Of a stretch of 42,597 nt of DNA, positions 8,205-16,948 are shown piece after piece (the stretch's first letter is position 1; each line of letters begins with the position of its first letter). The DNA is from a candidate division WOR-3 bacterium (GTDB lineage: Bacteria; Hydrothermota; Tepidihabitantia; SM23-42; JAOAFX01). The DNA is taken from assembly GCA_037444665.1 (NCBI GenBank), contig JBBILZ010000019.1:1-42597 (forward strand), in the 5' to 3' direction. The notes beneath the pieces were generated by a model. It saw nothing but the letters and a program-made list of their open reading frames with translations, was not told the DNA's origin and ran no database searches. A program made the position numbers and the translations under genes.

Positions 8205-8297
8205 ATGATGAAACGGGATTTAAAAATTTTATTAATAGGTCTTCCTCTGCCTATTGTAATGGGAATACTTATTGCACTTCTATTAAATCTGTTTTAG
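8205..8297 (+). CDS. 30-aa single-TM peptide (not in the ORF track)
   Basis: Own translation MMKRDLKILLIGLPLPIVMGILIALLLNLF; flanked by hairpins. Confidence 0.35.
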   Translation: MMKRDLKILLIGLPLPIVMGILIALLLNLF

Positions 8298-8430
8298 TTT
8301 GCAACATTTTTCTGCCTGCCGTAAAAATGTTGTTTTTTGAATTTGCTGAAGAACTTCAGGTTTATGTTTTTTAGTTTTGACAATATTTAAAGTAATTTAT
8401 TATTGGACTTTTAGGTATTTGAATATGGTG

Positions 8431-8458
8431 TTGACACAGGAAAAAAATTGGCTAAAAT
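8431..8458 (+). promoter_or_regulatory. Sigma70-type promoter for the second DUF433/DUF5615 pair
   Basis: TTGACA-16 bp-TAAAAT; AGGAG at 8471-8475. Confidence 0.75.
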
Positions 8459-8481
8459 TAATTTAATAAAAGGAGATATTT

Positions 8482-8763
8482 ATAGCACATACAGAAGCAA
8501 AGATTGAGCAAGATTATGTCATAAAGAATCCGGTTATTCATGGTGGTGAACCTGTAGTTAAGGGAACGCGGTTTCCGGTTCGTTCAATTGTTATTTACAT
8601 TTTAAAAGAAGGAATGTTGCCGGAGGAATTGGTTAAAGAGTTTCCCCAGTTGACACTTTCGGCAGTCTACGGTGCACTTGCTTACTATTATGACCATAAA
8701 GAGGAGATTGATTCTTTGATTAACGAGCAGAAAGAGTCTGAATGGAAGGACAAAGTCAAATAA
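8482..8763 (+). CDS. DUF433 family antitoxin with ATA at the expected start (possible pseudogene)
   Basis: Own translation ...NPVIHGGEPVVKGTRFPVRSIV...GMLPEELVKEFPQLTLSAVYGALAYYYDHKEEID; 94-codon frame begins with ATA 6 nt after the RBS. Confidence 0.85.
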   Translation: MAHTEAKIEQDYVIKNPVIHGGEPVVKGTRFPVRSIVIYILKEGMLPEELVKEFPQLTLSAVYGALAYYYDHKEEIDSLINEQKESEWKDKVK

Positions 8764-9094
8764 AAATTTATCTTGATGAAGATGTTCGGTTGCTTCTTGC
8801 TAAAGTATTAAGGGAAAGGGGATACGATGTAATAAGTTGTGTTGAAGAGGGGTTAATCGGGTTGAGTGATGAGCAACAATTATTACAGGCAATAAGTAAA
8901 GAGAGAGCGATATTATCGCACAATATAAGAGACTTTGTTCATCTTCATAAAAATATTATCAAAGTCATTTTGGTATAATTTTAAGCGAGCAGGTAGATTT
9001 TAAGATTCTTTTAAGAAGAACGCTACGATTCTTATCAAAATCAGCGCCTGGGGATGTGAAGGGGCAGGTGGTTTGGTTAGGTAATTACGGATAA
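8742..9094 (+). pseudogene. DUF5615 PIN-like toxin, frameshifted
   Basis: N-terminus KIYLDEDV...SDEQQL...ILSHNIRDF; adding one A to the A5 run at 8949-8953 restores ...HKKYYQSHFGIILSEQ...GQVVWLGNYG*. Confidence 0.85.
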
Positions 9095-9231
9095 TTTAGC
9101 GAACTGTATGCAGAAGAAAAAACAGTCAGAAGGCGATGATGGGTAAACCGACAGGATTTTTCTGCCTGGCAAGAAAGTGTTGCAATAAAAGTTTTTCGAG
9201 TGTGCTGTATTTTGCAGAATTTAAATTTAAG

Positions 9232-10608
9232 TTAATGATTGCGATGAACAAGATAGTGGTGATAAAATGAATAGACATCAGGATAGAGATAGAATGAGCC
9301 AAAGATGAGAGTGATTAAATTGTCCATATTTTTTGCACTGATATATTCCAGTGCTCGTTTGATTGAGCCGGCAATTAAGAGATTTTTTTGATATTTTTTT
9401 GCCCGCTTATAAATTTCTAAGGGTTCCATTGCTCTGGGATTTTCAATTCTAACAAGAAGAATTTGCTTTGCTTCGGGGAAGATATATTTTATTGCATAAT
9501 TTATGTCTTTATCCCTGCTACAACCAAAAACAATATAGAGTTCTTTTTGTTTTTTTATATCTGAGCCAATAAAAAAATTTTTCAAATTATTATTTAATGC
9601 ACAGAAAGAATCTTCATTATGCGCAACATCATATATGACCAGAGGTCTTTGTGAGATGATTTCAAACCTGCCTGATAATTTAACCTGTGTTAATCCTTTT
9701 TTTATTGCAGAAATAGAAATCGGGAAGCCTCTATTTTTCAATTCGTATAATACAGCAAGCGCAATCTTTAAATTTTCAAGTTGATGTGCACCCACAAGGG
9801 GCAGAAATATGTCGAACTTTCCCAATGGACCTTTGATGTGCATTTTAGTTCCTGAAAGCTGAATTCTTTTAATTTTTATCCCCTGCAGTTCATCAGCATA
9901 TATAATTTTATTTTTTCGCTCCCGGGCAATTCTTTTTAAAAGTTTTTCTACACTTGGATGCTGGTGGATGGTAATAAAAAATCCCCCTGTTTCCCCCTTT
10001 ATAAAAGAGGGATTGAGGGGGATTGCTTCCCTGATAATTCCTGCCTTTTCATAGGCAATCTGTGATAATCTGTTCCCAAGCAGGTTCATATGGTCATAAC
10101 CAATTCTGGTAATTACTGGAATTCGGGCATCAACAACATTTGTCGCATCAAGCCTGCCACCAAGACCGACCTCAAGGACTGCAAAGTCCACCTGGTTTTT
10201 TGCAAAGTGCATAAAGGCGATTGCGGTTAAAACTTCAAAGAATGTGCGTGCACCAATGCGGGTTTTAAAATTGATATGGGGTCTGATTAATCTGATATAT
10301 TTCTCCATCTGTTTTTTGGTGAGCTCTTTATTGTTAATCTTTATTCTCTCGGTGATTCGTAAAAGATGGGGTGAGGTGAAGAGCCCAACTTTGTAGCCAT
10401 TTGCAATCAAACAGGAGTTGATGATTGTGGCAGTAGAACCCTTTCCTTTTGTACCCGCAATTAAAATAACATTCTTTAATTTTTTTTGCGGTGCGCCAAT
10501 CTTTTCAAGAAATAATTTATATGCGGTGAGGTCATACTGATAACCAGGAATTTTTTCGTAGTTAATAAGTGAGTTTAGAAATTCTTCAGGTTGCAATATT
10601 TTTTCCAT
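9232..10608 (-). CDS. folC: Folylpolyglutamate synthase / dihydrofolate synthase
   Basis: IAGTKGKGST, GLFTSPHL, FFEVLT, EVGLGGRLDATN, DVAHN, FGSFYL. Confidence 0.95.
   Translation of the reverse strand: MEKILQPEEFLNSLINYEKIPGYQYDLTAYKLFLEKIGAPQKKLKNVILIAGTKGKGSTATIINSCLIANGYKVGLFTSPHLLRITERIKINNKELTKKQMEKYIRLIRPHINFKTRIGARTFFEVLTAIAFMHFAKNQVDFAVLEVGLGGRLDATNVVDARIPVITRIGYDHMNLLGNRLSQIAYEKAGIIREAIPLNPSFIKGETGGFFITIHQHPSVEKLLKRIARERKNKIIYADELQGIKIKRIQLSGTKMHIKGPLGKFDIFLPLVGAHQLENLKIALAVLYELKNRGFPISISAIKKGLTQVKLSGRFEIISQRPLVIYDVAHNEDSFCALNNNLKNFFIGSDIKKQKELYIVFGCSRDKDINYAIKYIFPEAKQILLVRIENPRAMEPLEIYKRAKKYQKNLLIAGSIKRALEYISAKNMDNLITLIFGSFYLYPDVYSFYHHYLVHRNH
9980..10024. repeat. 45-bp palindromic element inserted in-frame in folC
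   Basis: AATCCCCCT...AGGGGGATT termini and an inner CCC/GGG hairpin; encodes IPLNPSFIKGETGGF. Confidence 0.8.
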
Positions 10609-10692
10609 TTGTCTTCTTGGATTATATTCAAATATTTCAAGATTTCAAGGTGATTGCATCCTGAAACTCTGCCAGTATTTGGGAGTATTTTA

Positions 10693-10715
10693 GTGCCATA
10701 AATGGCACCGCTACA
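10693..10715 (-). repeat. GTAG-type REP
   Basis: Minus strand TGTAGCGGTGCCATTTATGGCAC; same design as the REPs at 25877-25954 and 31005-31093. Confidence 0.75.
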
Positions 10716-10745
10716 AAGAAAGGTATTTTAATTTATAAAAACAGA

Positions 10746-10790
10746 CCCCTCACCTTTTTCCTCTCCCCGTTTTAACGGGGAGAGGATGAG
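10746..10790. repeat. C-rich/G-rich palindromic repeat
   Basis: CCCCTCACC...CCTCTCCCCGT-TTTA-ACGGGGAGAGG. Confidence 0.75.
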
Positions 10791-10810
10791 AAATCTAAGA
10801 ACGGATATTG

Positions 10811-10839
10811 TTGACAATTTCCTGTTTTTACCATATAAT
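10811..10839 (+). promoter_or_regulatory. Sigma70-type promoter, leaderless
   Basis: TTGACA-17 bp-TATAAT, 5 nt before ATG 10845. Confidence 0.75.
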
Positions 10840-10844
10840 TCACT

Positions 10845-12185
10845 ATGGCTAAGGGCAAAACAGAAAAAGAGAATGACCATCAAAAAATTATTGAAGGTTT
10901 GGGTCGTGTTGCCAGCGGCGACTTTGCAACGGAGATGCGTTTATCAAGTGATGACCCAGATATTGCAGCAATTGCTCAGGCATTCAATAATATGACACGC
11001 AAACTGAAAATTATGATTGATGAACTGAGAGATGAAAATCGCCAGATTTTAATTACTACAAAAAGATTAAAAAAAATTTTTGATAATAGTAAAGATATTA
11101 TTTTGTATATCAATAAATACGGGACAATTGTTGATATTAATAAAAGTGTAAAAGAAATCTTGGGTTATGAGCCGGATGAATTAAAAGGAAAACATTTTGC
11201 CAAGACCGATGTAATCTCTACATCGGAGATTCCTAAGTTGATAAATAGATTTAATTTAGCAATTACAAAAGGTATTGGTAAAGACATAATGAAATTGGAA
11301 TTTAAAAAAAGAGATGGCGAGAAGTTATGGCTTGATGCGAGCATAAGATTATTAAAGAGCGAAGATGAGATTGAGGGAGCAGTCATTGTGCTCAGGGATA
11401 TGACAAAACAGGTTCAGGCTGATACAAAACTATATGAAGAGCAAGAGAAATTACGGGTTGTTCTTTCATCAATTGAAGATGCAGTTTTCATTCTAAATAA
11501 AGATTATCAGATTATTGAATACTACAGAGCTCAAGCTCAGGGTGATTTTTTTCTAACTAATGACTTTGACAAGTATATCGGAAAGCCAATTAAATCTATT
11601 ATTCCTAAATCAACATGTGGAGAGATTGAAAAGGTTATCGGGCAGTGTATGAAGACAGGAAAGATACAACAGGTAGAATGTTCCTGGACTGTGCATAAAC
11701 AACCTTATTGTTTTAATATAAGGGTGGCTCCTGTGCGTGACCAAGATGGTAATATTGTCGGAACGGCTGTGGTTATTCGTGATATTTCCCATAGAGTAGA
11801 GATGGAGAAGGCGATTGCCCGTAGTGAAAAGAAGTATCGTGAGATATTTGAACAATCACCGCAGGGTTTGATTATCCTTGATGCAGAAGGTAAAATCGTG
11901 GATGTTAATAAAAAAATATGTGAATGGTTAGGATATAAGCCTGAAGATATGATTGGCAAGGACCATATATTATATCCCTTTCTTACAAAATCAGGTAAAA
12001 TTGTTGCCATTAAGAAATTTATTCAAAGATTGTCCGGAAAATTTATACCACCTTATGAACTTGAATTTATTGCTAAGGATGGAAAAACTTATATCGGTGA
12101 AATTGATGCCCGACCCATTAAAGATGAAAAAGGAAATATTACATTAATAGTAGTAATGGTTACAGATGTAACCAGACGACATTAA
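10845..12185 (+). CDS. HAMP + three PAS domain protein without an output domain
   Basis: RVASGDF...IA.AFNNM (HAMP); three PAS/PAC units ending LRDMT, IRDIS and VTDVT. Confidence 0.85.
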   Translation: MAKGKTEKENDHQKIIEGLGRVASGDFATEMRLSSDDPDIAAIAQAFNNMTRKLKIMIDELRDENRQILITTKRLKKIFDNSKDIILYINKYGTIVDINKSVKEILGYEPDELKGKHFAKTDVISTSEIPKLINRFNLAITKGIGKDIMKLEFKKRDGEKLWLDASIRLLKSEDEIEGAVIVLRDMTKQVQADTKLYEEQEKLRVVLSSIEDAVFILNKDYQIIEYYRAQAQGDFFLTNDFDKYIGKPIKSIIPKSTCGEIEKVIGQCMKTGKIQQVECSWTVHKQPYCFNIRVAPVRDQDGNIVGTAVVIRDISHRVEMEKAIARSEKKYREIFEQSPQGLIILDAEGKIVDVNKKICEWLGYKPEDMIGKDHILYPFLTKSGKIVAIKKFIQRLSGKFIPPYELEFIAKDGKTYIGEIDARPIKDEKGNITLIVVMVTDVTRRH

Positions 12186-12194
12186 AAATATTTT

Positions 12195-13064
12195 TTATTT
12201 TTCCACTTGTCCTATCGGTTTCATTTTTAAAGCAATGTCAATTGCTGGTGCAGAATGGGTCAGGGCACCTATTGATATACAATCAATATCCAGTTCTGCA
12301 TAATTGATGATATTATCAATATCTATTCCGCCGCTTACTTCAATTTCAATCTTCTTTTTTGATGTGCGCACATATTTTATTGCCTGGTCAATCTGTTCCA
12401 GATGCATATTGTCAAGCATCACCCGATTTACACCAAGTTCAATTGCCTCTTTTAGTTCATCCATTGTTTTTACTTCAACTTCAATGAATATCTTTTTCTT
12501 TTTGCTATTCTTTCTGACCGCATTTACTGCATTGGTAATACTTCCAGCAATTTCAATATGGTTGTCTTTTATTAAAACCATATCATACAAACCAAATCTG
12601 TGATTGTATCCGCCGCCAGTTTTTACGGCATATTTTTCCATAATGCGCAAGCCGGGTGTGGTCTTCCTTGTATCCATAATTTTTATTCTATTGTTATTGA
12701 CGAGTTTGACAAATTTTCGCGTCAGTGTCGCGATACCACTGAGTTGCTGTAGAAAATTGAGCGCAGTGCGTTCTGCTTTCAAACAACTACCAGCAGGTCC
12801 AATGATTGTTGCGATTGTCATCCCGGGGCTGAATTCTGCTCCGTCTTCCATCTTTGCCTCAAAATTTATATTTTTATCAATCTCTTCAAATACATATCGG
12901 GCAATGTGGACTCCGCATAGCACTCCATCTTCCTTGGGAAAGATAATTCCCAGGGTCTGGGCATCTGGCGGTATGATGGAATCAGTTGTAATATCGCCTT
13001 TGCCCAGGTCTTCTTTTAACGCCATGCGGACAATCTTTCTGAATTTATTTTCAGGGTTTTTAAT
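12195..13064 (-). CDS. nadC: Nicotinate-nucleotide pyrophosphorylase (first ATG at 13025; possible ATT start at 13064)
   Basis: ALKED...GDITT, ERTALNF, DTRKTTPG, HRFGL.D..LIKDNH, EVEV, MLDNM, SGG, SIGALTHS. Confidence 0.96.
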   Translation of the reverse strand: MKNPENKFRKIVRMALKEDLGKGDITTDSIIPPDAQTLGIIFPKEDGVLCGVHIARYVFEEIDKNINFEAKMEDGAEFSPGMTIATIIGPAGSCLKAERTALNFLQQLSGIATLTRKFVKLVNNNRIKIMDTRKTTPGLRIMEKYAVKTGGGYNHRFGLYDMVLIKDNHIEIAGSITNAVNAVRKNSKKKKIFIEVEVKTMDELKEAIELGVNRVMLDNMHLEQIDQAIKYVRTSKKKIEIEVSGGIDIDNIINYAELDIDCISIGALTHSAPAIDIALKMKPIGQVEK

Positions 13065-13096
13065 GTTGCCTCCTTTTCAGCAAGAAAAATTTTGAA

Positions 13097-13183
13097 CACT
13101 CTGTTTTTTCTTTTTGTCATTGCGAGCGAACAGAGTGAGCGTGGAAATCTCGTAAGGTAAAGATAATATTGCTTATTCTTCAT
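13097..13183 (-). mobile_element. GTCATTGCGAG-family element with a GIY-YIG-like N-terminal remnant
   Basis: Near-identical inverted copy of 28141-28229. Confidence 0.7.
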
Positions 13184-15171
13184 TAAAATCGCTTTCGTGC
13201 GCTCCTTTTATCATTTGCTTCAATCTTATTTTTGACTTTTTTTATCTTATCACGAAGTTCAGCAGCCCGTTCAAACTCCATCAATGAAACCGCATCTGCC
13301 ATCTCTTTGTATAATCGTTCAATCTCTTCAAAACTTGCTTCCTCCTTTTTTTCATCAGCGAATAATCGGTCTGCTACTGATGTTGCCTTTAAGATTTCTT
13401 CCCTGGTTTTTACAATACTCTGGGGCGTGATATTGTGTAATTTATTATACTCTACCTGCTTGTTGCGACGCCGTTCCATTTCCGCAAGCGCCCTTTTCAT
13501 TGAATCTGTAATCTCATCAGCATAAAGGATGACTTCACTGCGGACATTCCTTGCTGCCCTGCCCGCAGTTTGAATTAATGAACGTTCGCTTCTCAAAAAA
13601 CCTTCACGGTCAGCGTCAAGGATTGCTACTAAAGCCACTTCAGGAAGATCAAGCCCTTCCCTTAAAAGATTAATCCCCACCAGCACATCAAATTCACCGA
13701 GTCTCAGACCGCGCAAGATTTCTACCCTCTGGATTGCATCAATTTCAGAATGGAGATAACGGACCTTTATGCCGAGCTCATTGAGATACTGGGCGAGGTC
13801 CTCTGCCATCTTTTTTGTCAATGTTGTAACCAGAACCCTTTCCTTATTTATAATCCTTTTTTGAATTTCATTGATCAGGTCATCTACCTGATTGGATGCG
13901 GGTTTTATTGTAACTATGGGGTCAACAATGCCAGTGGGACGGACAATCTGCTCAATAATCCGGTTATTAGATTTTTTAATTTCCCATTCTGCTGGTGTGG
14001 CAGAAACACAGATTGCTTGATTAATCAATGATTCAAATTCTACAAACTTCAATGGTCTATTCTCCAGGGCTGAAGGCAGACGAAAACCATATTCCACAAG
14101 GGTCAATTTCCGTGAATGGTCGCCCTCATACATCCCTTCAATCTGGGGAATAGTGACATGGGATTCATCAATTACAAGTAAAAAATCTTTAGGAAAATAA
14201 TCAATCAAACAGAATGGTCTTTCACCCGGTCTTCTACCTGATAGATGCATTGAGTAATTTTCTATGCCCGGACAATAACCAAGTTCAAGCAACATTTCAC
14301 AATCAAAGAGTGTGCGTTGTAGTAATCGCTGTGCTTCAAGTAATTTGCCATTTTTCTCTAACTCAGCAACCCGTTGTTCAAGTTCATTCTTAATATTGGC
14401 AATAGCGATTTCAATTTTGGGTTTTGTGGTAATGAAATGTTTGGCAGGAAAGATTATTGTCTCATCAAGGTCATCCATAATATGACCGGTGAGCGGGTCA
14501 AAAATCTGGATTTTATGGATAGTATCATCGCAAATTTCCACGCGGATGCCATTTTTTTCATCGGCAGGGAATATATCAATGATTTCACCCCTGACCCTGA
14601 ATGTTCCCTGTGTAAATTGGATATCATTACGCTGGTACTGGATACTGACGAGCATATCCATCAGTGATTCTCTACTTTGCACCGCACCCTTTTTTAAAAA
14701 AACGACCAATTCTTTGACCTCATCAGGTGAGCCGATATTATAAATACAGGAAACAGACGCAACAATTATTACATCATTCCTTGTTAGAAGGGATGATGTT
14801 GCCTTTAATCTAAGACGCTCAATTTCTTCATTGATTGAGGCATCCTTCTCAATGTATAAATCTGTCTCAGGAACATATGCCTCTGGTTGATAATAATCAT
14901 AATAAGAAATAAAATATTCAACTGCATTATCTGGAAAAAAAGATTTAAATTCGCTGTATAACTGGGCAGCGAGGGATTTATTGTGTGATATTACAAGCGT
15001 GGGTCTTTGAACCTGTTCTATAACATTGGCGATGGTAAAAGTTTTACCTGAGCCGGTCACACCAAGTAAGGTCTGGTATTTATTGCCTGCTTTAATGCCT
15101 TGAACTAATTTTTGTATTGCCTCGGGCTGGTCCCCTGCAGGTTTAAAATTAGAGACGAGTTTAAAATTCAC
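13183..15171 (-). CDS. uvrB: Excinuclease ABC subunit B
   Basis: [41 protein letters not shown]-terminal UVR FE.AA.LRD. Confidence 0.98.
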   Translation of the reverse strand: MNFKLVSNFKPAGDQPEAIQKLVQGIKAGNKYQTLLGVTGSGKTFTIANVIEQVQRPTLVISHNKSLAAQLYSEFKSFFPDNAVEYFISYYDYYQPEAYVPETDLYIEKDASINEEIERLRLKATSSLLTRNDVIIVASVSCIYNIGSPDEVKELVVFLKKGAVQSRESLMDMLVSIQYQRNDIQFTQGTFRVRGEIIDIFPADEKNGIRVEICDDTIHKIQIFDPLTGHIMDDLDETIIFPAKHFITTKPKIEIAIANIKNELEQRVAELEKNGKLLEAQRLLQRTLFDCEMLLELGYCPGIENYSMHLSGRRPGERPFCLIDYFPKDFLLVIDESHVTIPQIEGMYEGDHSRKLTLVEYGFRLPSALENRPLKFVEFESLINQAICVSATPAEWEIKKSNNRIIEQIVRPTGIVDPIVTIKPASNQVDDLINEIQKRIINKERVLVTTLTKKMAEDLAQYLNELGIKVRYLHSEIDAIQRVEILRGLRLGEFDVLVGINLLREGLDLPEVALVAILDADREGFLRSERSLIQTAGRAARNVRSEVILYADEITDSMKRALAEMERRRNKQVEYNKLHNITPQSIVKTREEILKATSVADRLFADEKKEEASFEEIERLYKEMADAVSLMEFERAAELRDKIKKVKNKIEANDKRSARKRF

Positions 15172-16834
15172 GCCGGAAGATTTTGTATGACCTTGCAGGG
15201 ATGGATAATCTCAATTGCTGGTTTGCCACAATGTGCTTATCACCTGTTATCAGGTCTGTATAAGTTCCATTCCAGGCAGACAGAACCACGAAACTTGGTG
15301 CGTTATCACTATTAATAACAACTATGATCCCACCGCGGTCAAAGGCATAGACCCGATTTATATCATTGACATACAGAGTAAAGAAATATTTATTGGATAG
15401 GATGGGATTTGATTTGCGGATATTGAGCAATTTTTTAATCTCCTCAAATAGTACTCTATTCTGCTTTTCAAGGGTCCAGGGAAAACTGCCCATATTAAAT
15501 TTTATGCCTTCAACCTTTCCTAATTCATCGCCAAAGGTTATTACTGGTGAACCGCAGGAGGTAAAGAGAAATGCATAGACCAATATTAGACTATTTATAT
15601 CAGTAATACCGGCAATCCTCTGGTCAAAGTCACTCAGGTCTATCAGATTAGTTAAATTGACCTGTGCAGGATTAAAGAACAATAACTTTCTCAATTCATT
15701 ATCAAAATCACTTGTGGCAATGGTTTTGTGAACAAAGTAATTTATTATCAGATCAGCCATCTTTTTGTTTGTTGTGCCATCAAATCCATTTATTCCGGTA
15801 TTTTCAGCACTGCCCAGAATGACTATCAATGGATATTTCTTTTTTAAAAAGTTTTTTAACTCACGCACAAAGTCCGGGTCAATCTTACTGTCTTCACCAA
15901 TATATATACCGTCAAATCCAAAATGTAGCCAGTAGTCAATATAACCATACAAAAATGCCTTAACTGAATTATCTTTAAGATTTAACTTAGGGAAGCGGGC
16001 ATCGTCCAGCCAGCAATCATAATTGGGTGGAGAAGTTTTAACCGGCAACCCTTGAATATTATACCAGGAATAATACTTTGAAGATGTACCATTTTTTACT
16101 ACATCAACAAAAGCAGGAAAATCATTGCCCGTATGTGTGGTAACAAATTTTAAAATGATTTTTTTGCCGGTCTTATGCAGTTCATTTATTAATTGTTTTA
16201 ACTGGGTGGTATCACCAAATGTTGGGTCCATATTGCCATAATCTCGGGGATTGTATTTGTGATTTGAACTTGCAGAATGTATTGGTTGTAATAATAATAT
16301 ATCAAAATTCAAAGAGTCAAGATAAGGAAGTTTTTCAATAATGCCTGCCAGATCCCCACCATAGGAATACTCTTTATCAGGTTGTTTGTCCCAGGATACT
16401 ACATTGGGTGGGTCGTTCAAGGCGTTGGCGTTGTAAAAACCATCTGGAAAGATACTATAATAAATTTTACCATATGCCCATTCAGGTATTGAAAAAGGAG
16501 GCGTTGTGCTCCTATATGTTCCCATCTGTGGTAAAAGCAATGAATCTGTTCTATCGCGCACTAAAAATTGATAGGTGAGTGATGTATCAAAGCGTCCAAT
16601 GTCTGCAGTAAAATAGTCAAATTTGGCGTCCTGATAACTGATAGTCATCTTTGTTCTCTTGCCCGCATATATAATAAAGGCTTCAGTGACCGCACCCCTT
16701 GCGGCTCTCAATTTTACCTCACCCATCCAGTGATTCACATAAAAGAAGTTGTCCGGGTTATGAGTAAGCACATCAATATTTATGGCTTTAGCAAAAATTG
16801 TGAAATAGATTACCAATATACTGATTTTTCTCAT
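15161..16834 (-). CDS. Secreted GH13 (neopullulanase-like) protein, catalytic motifs degenerate
   Basis: PEW...[40 protein letters not shown]; signal-like [17 protein letters not shown]; start chosen from promoter position. Confidence 0.85.
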   Translation of the reverse strand: MRKISILVIYFTIFAKAINIDVLTHNPDNFFYVNHWMGEVKLRAARGAVTEAFIIYAGKRTKMTISYQDAKFDYFTADIGRFDTSLTYQFLVRDRTDSLLLPQMGTYRSTTPPFSIPEWAYGKIYYSIFPDGFYNANALNDPPNVVSWDKQPDKEYSYGGDLAGIIEKLPYLDSLNFDILLLQPIHSASSNHKYNPRDYGNMDPTFGDTTQLKQLINELHKTGKKIILKFVTTHTGNDFPAFVDVVKNGTSSKYYSWYNIQGLPVKTSPPNYDCWLDDARFPKLNLKDNSVKAFLYGYIDYWLHFGFDGIYIGEDSKIDPDFVRELKNFLKKKYPLIVILGSAENTGINGFDGTTNKKMADLIINYFVHKTIATSDFDNELRKLLFFNPAQVNLTNLIDLSDFDQRIAGITDINSLILVYAFLFTSCGSPVITFGDELGKVEGIKFNMGSFPWTLEKQNRVLFEEIKKLLNIRKSNPILSNKYFFTLYVNDINRVYAFDRGGIIVVINSDNAPSFVVLSAWNGTYTDLITGDKHIVANQQLRLSIPARSYKIFRREF

Positions 16835-16841
16835 ACATAGA

Positions 16842-16942
16842 ATTTTACTCAACAAATAAAATTTGTCAATAGGTTGTATAAGATTTTTTAAAGACTTAAG
16901 CCTTTCTGGGTTGCTTGACAATGCAAATTTTTTGATTAATAT
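16842..16942. promoter_or_regulatory. Divergent promoters for GH13-uvrB and ddl
   Basis: Minus: TTGACA(16869-16864)-16-TAAAAT(16847-16842); plus: TTGACA(16915-16920)-16-TAATAT(16937-16942). Confidence 0.7.
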
Positions 16943-16948
16943 AGTAAT

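Noticed and set aside
1..9094. Integron cassette array
   Set aside because: No integrase in the window and no convincing attC (RYYYAAC...GTTRRRY with long imperfect palindrome) between the genes; the TAAC...GTTA at 2821-2835 is too short.
9131..9150. GGCGATGA resembling a fluoride riboswitch start
   Set aside because: No complementary TCGCC strand and no suitable downstream gene on that strand.
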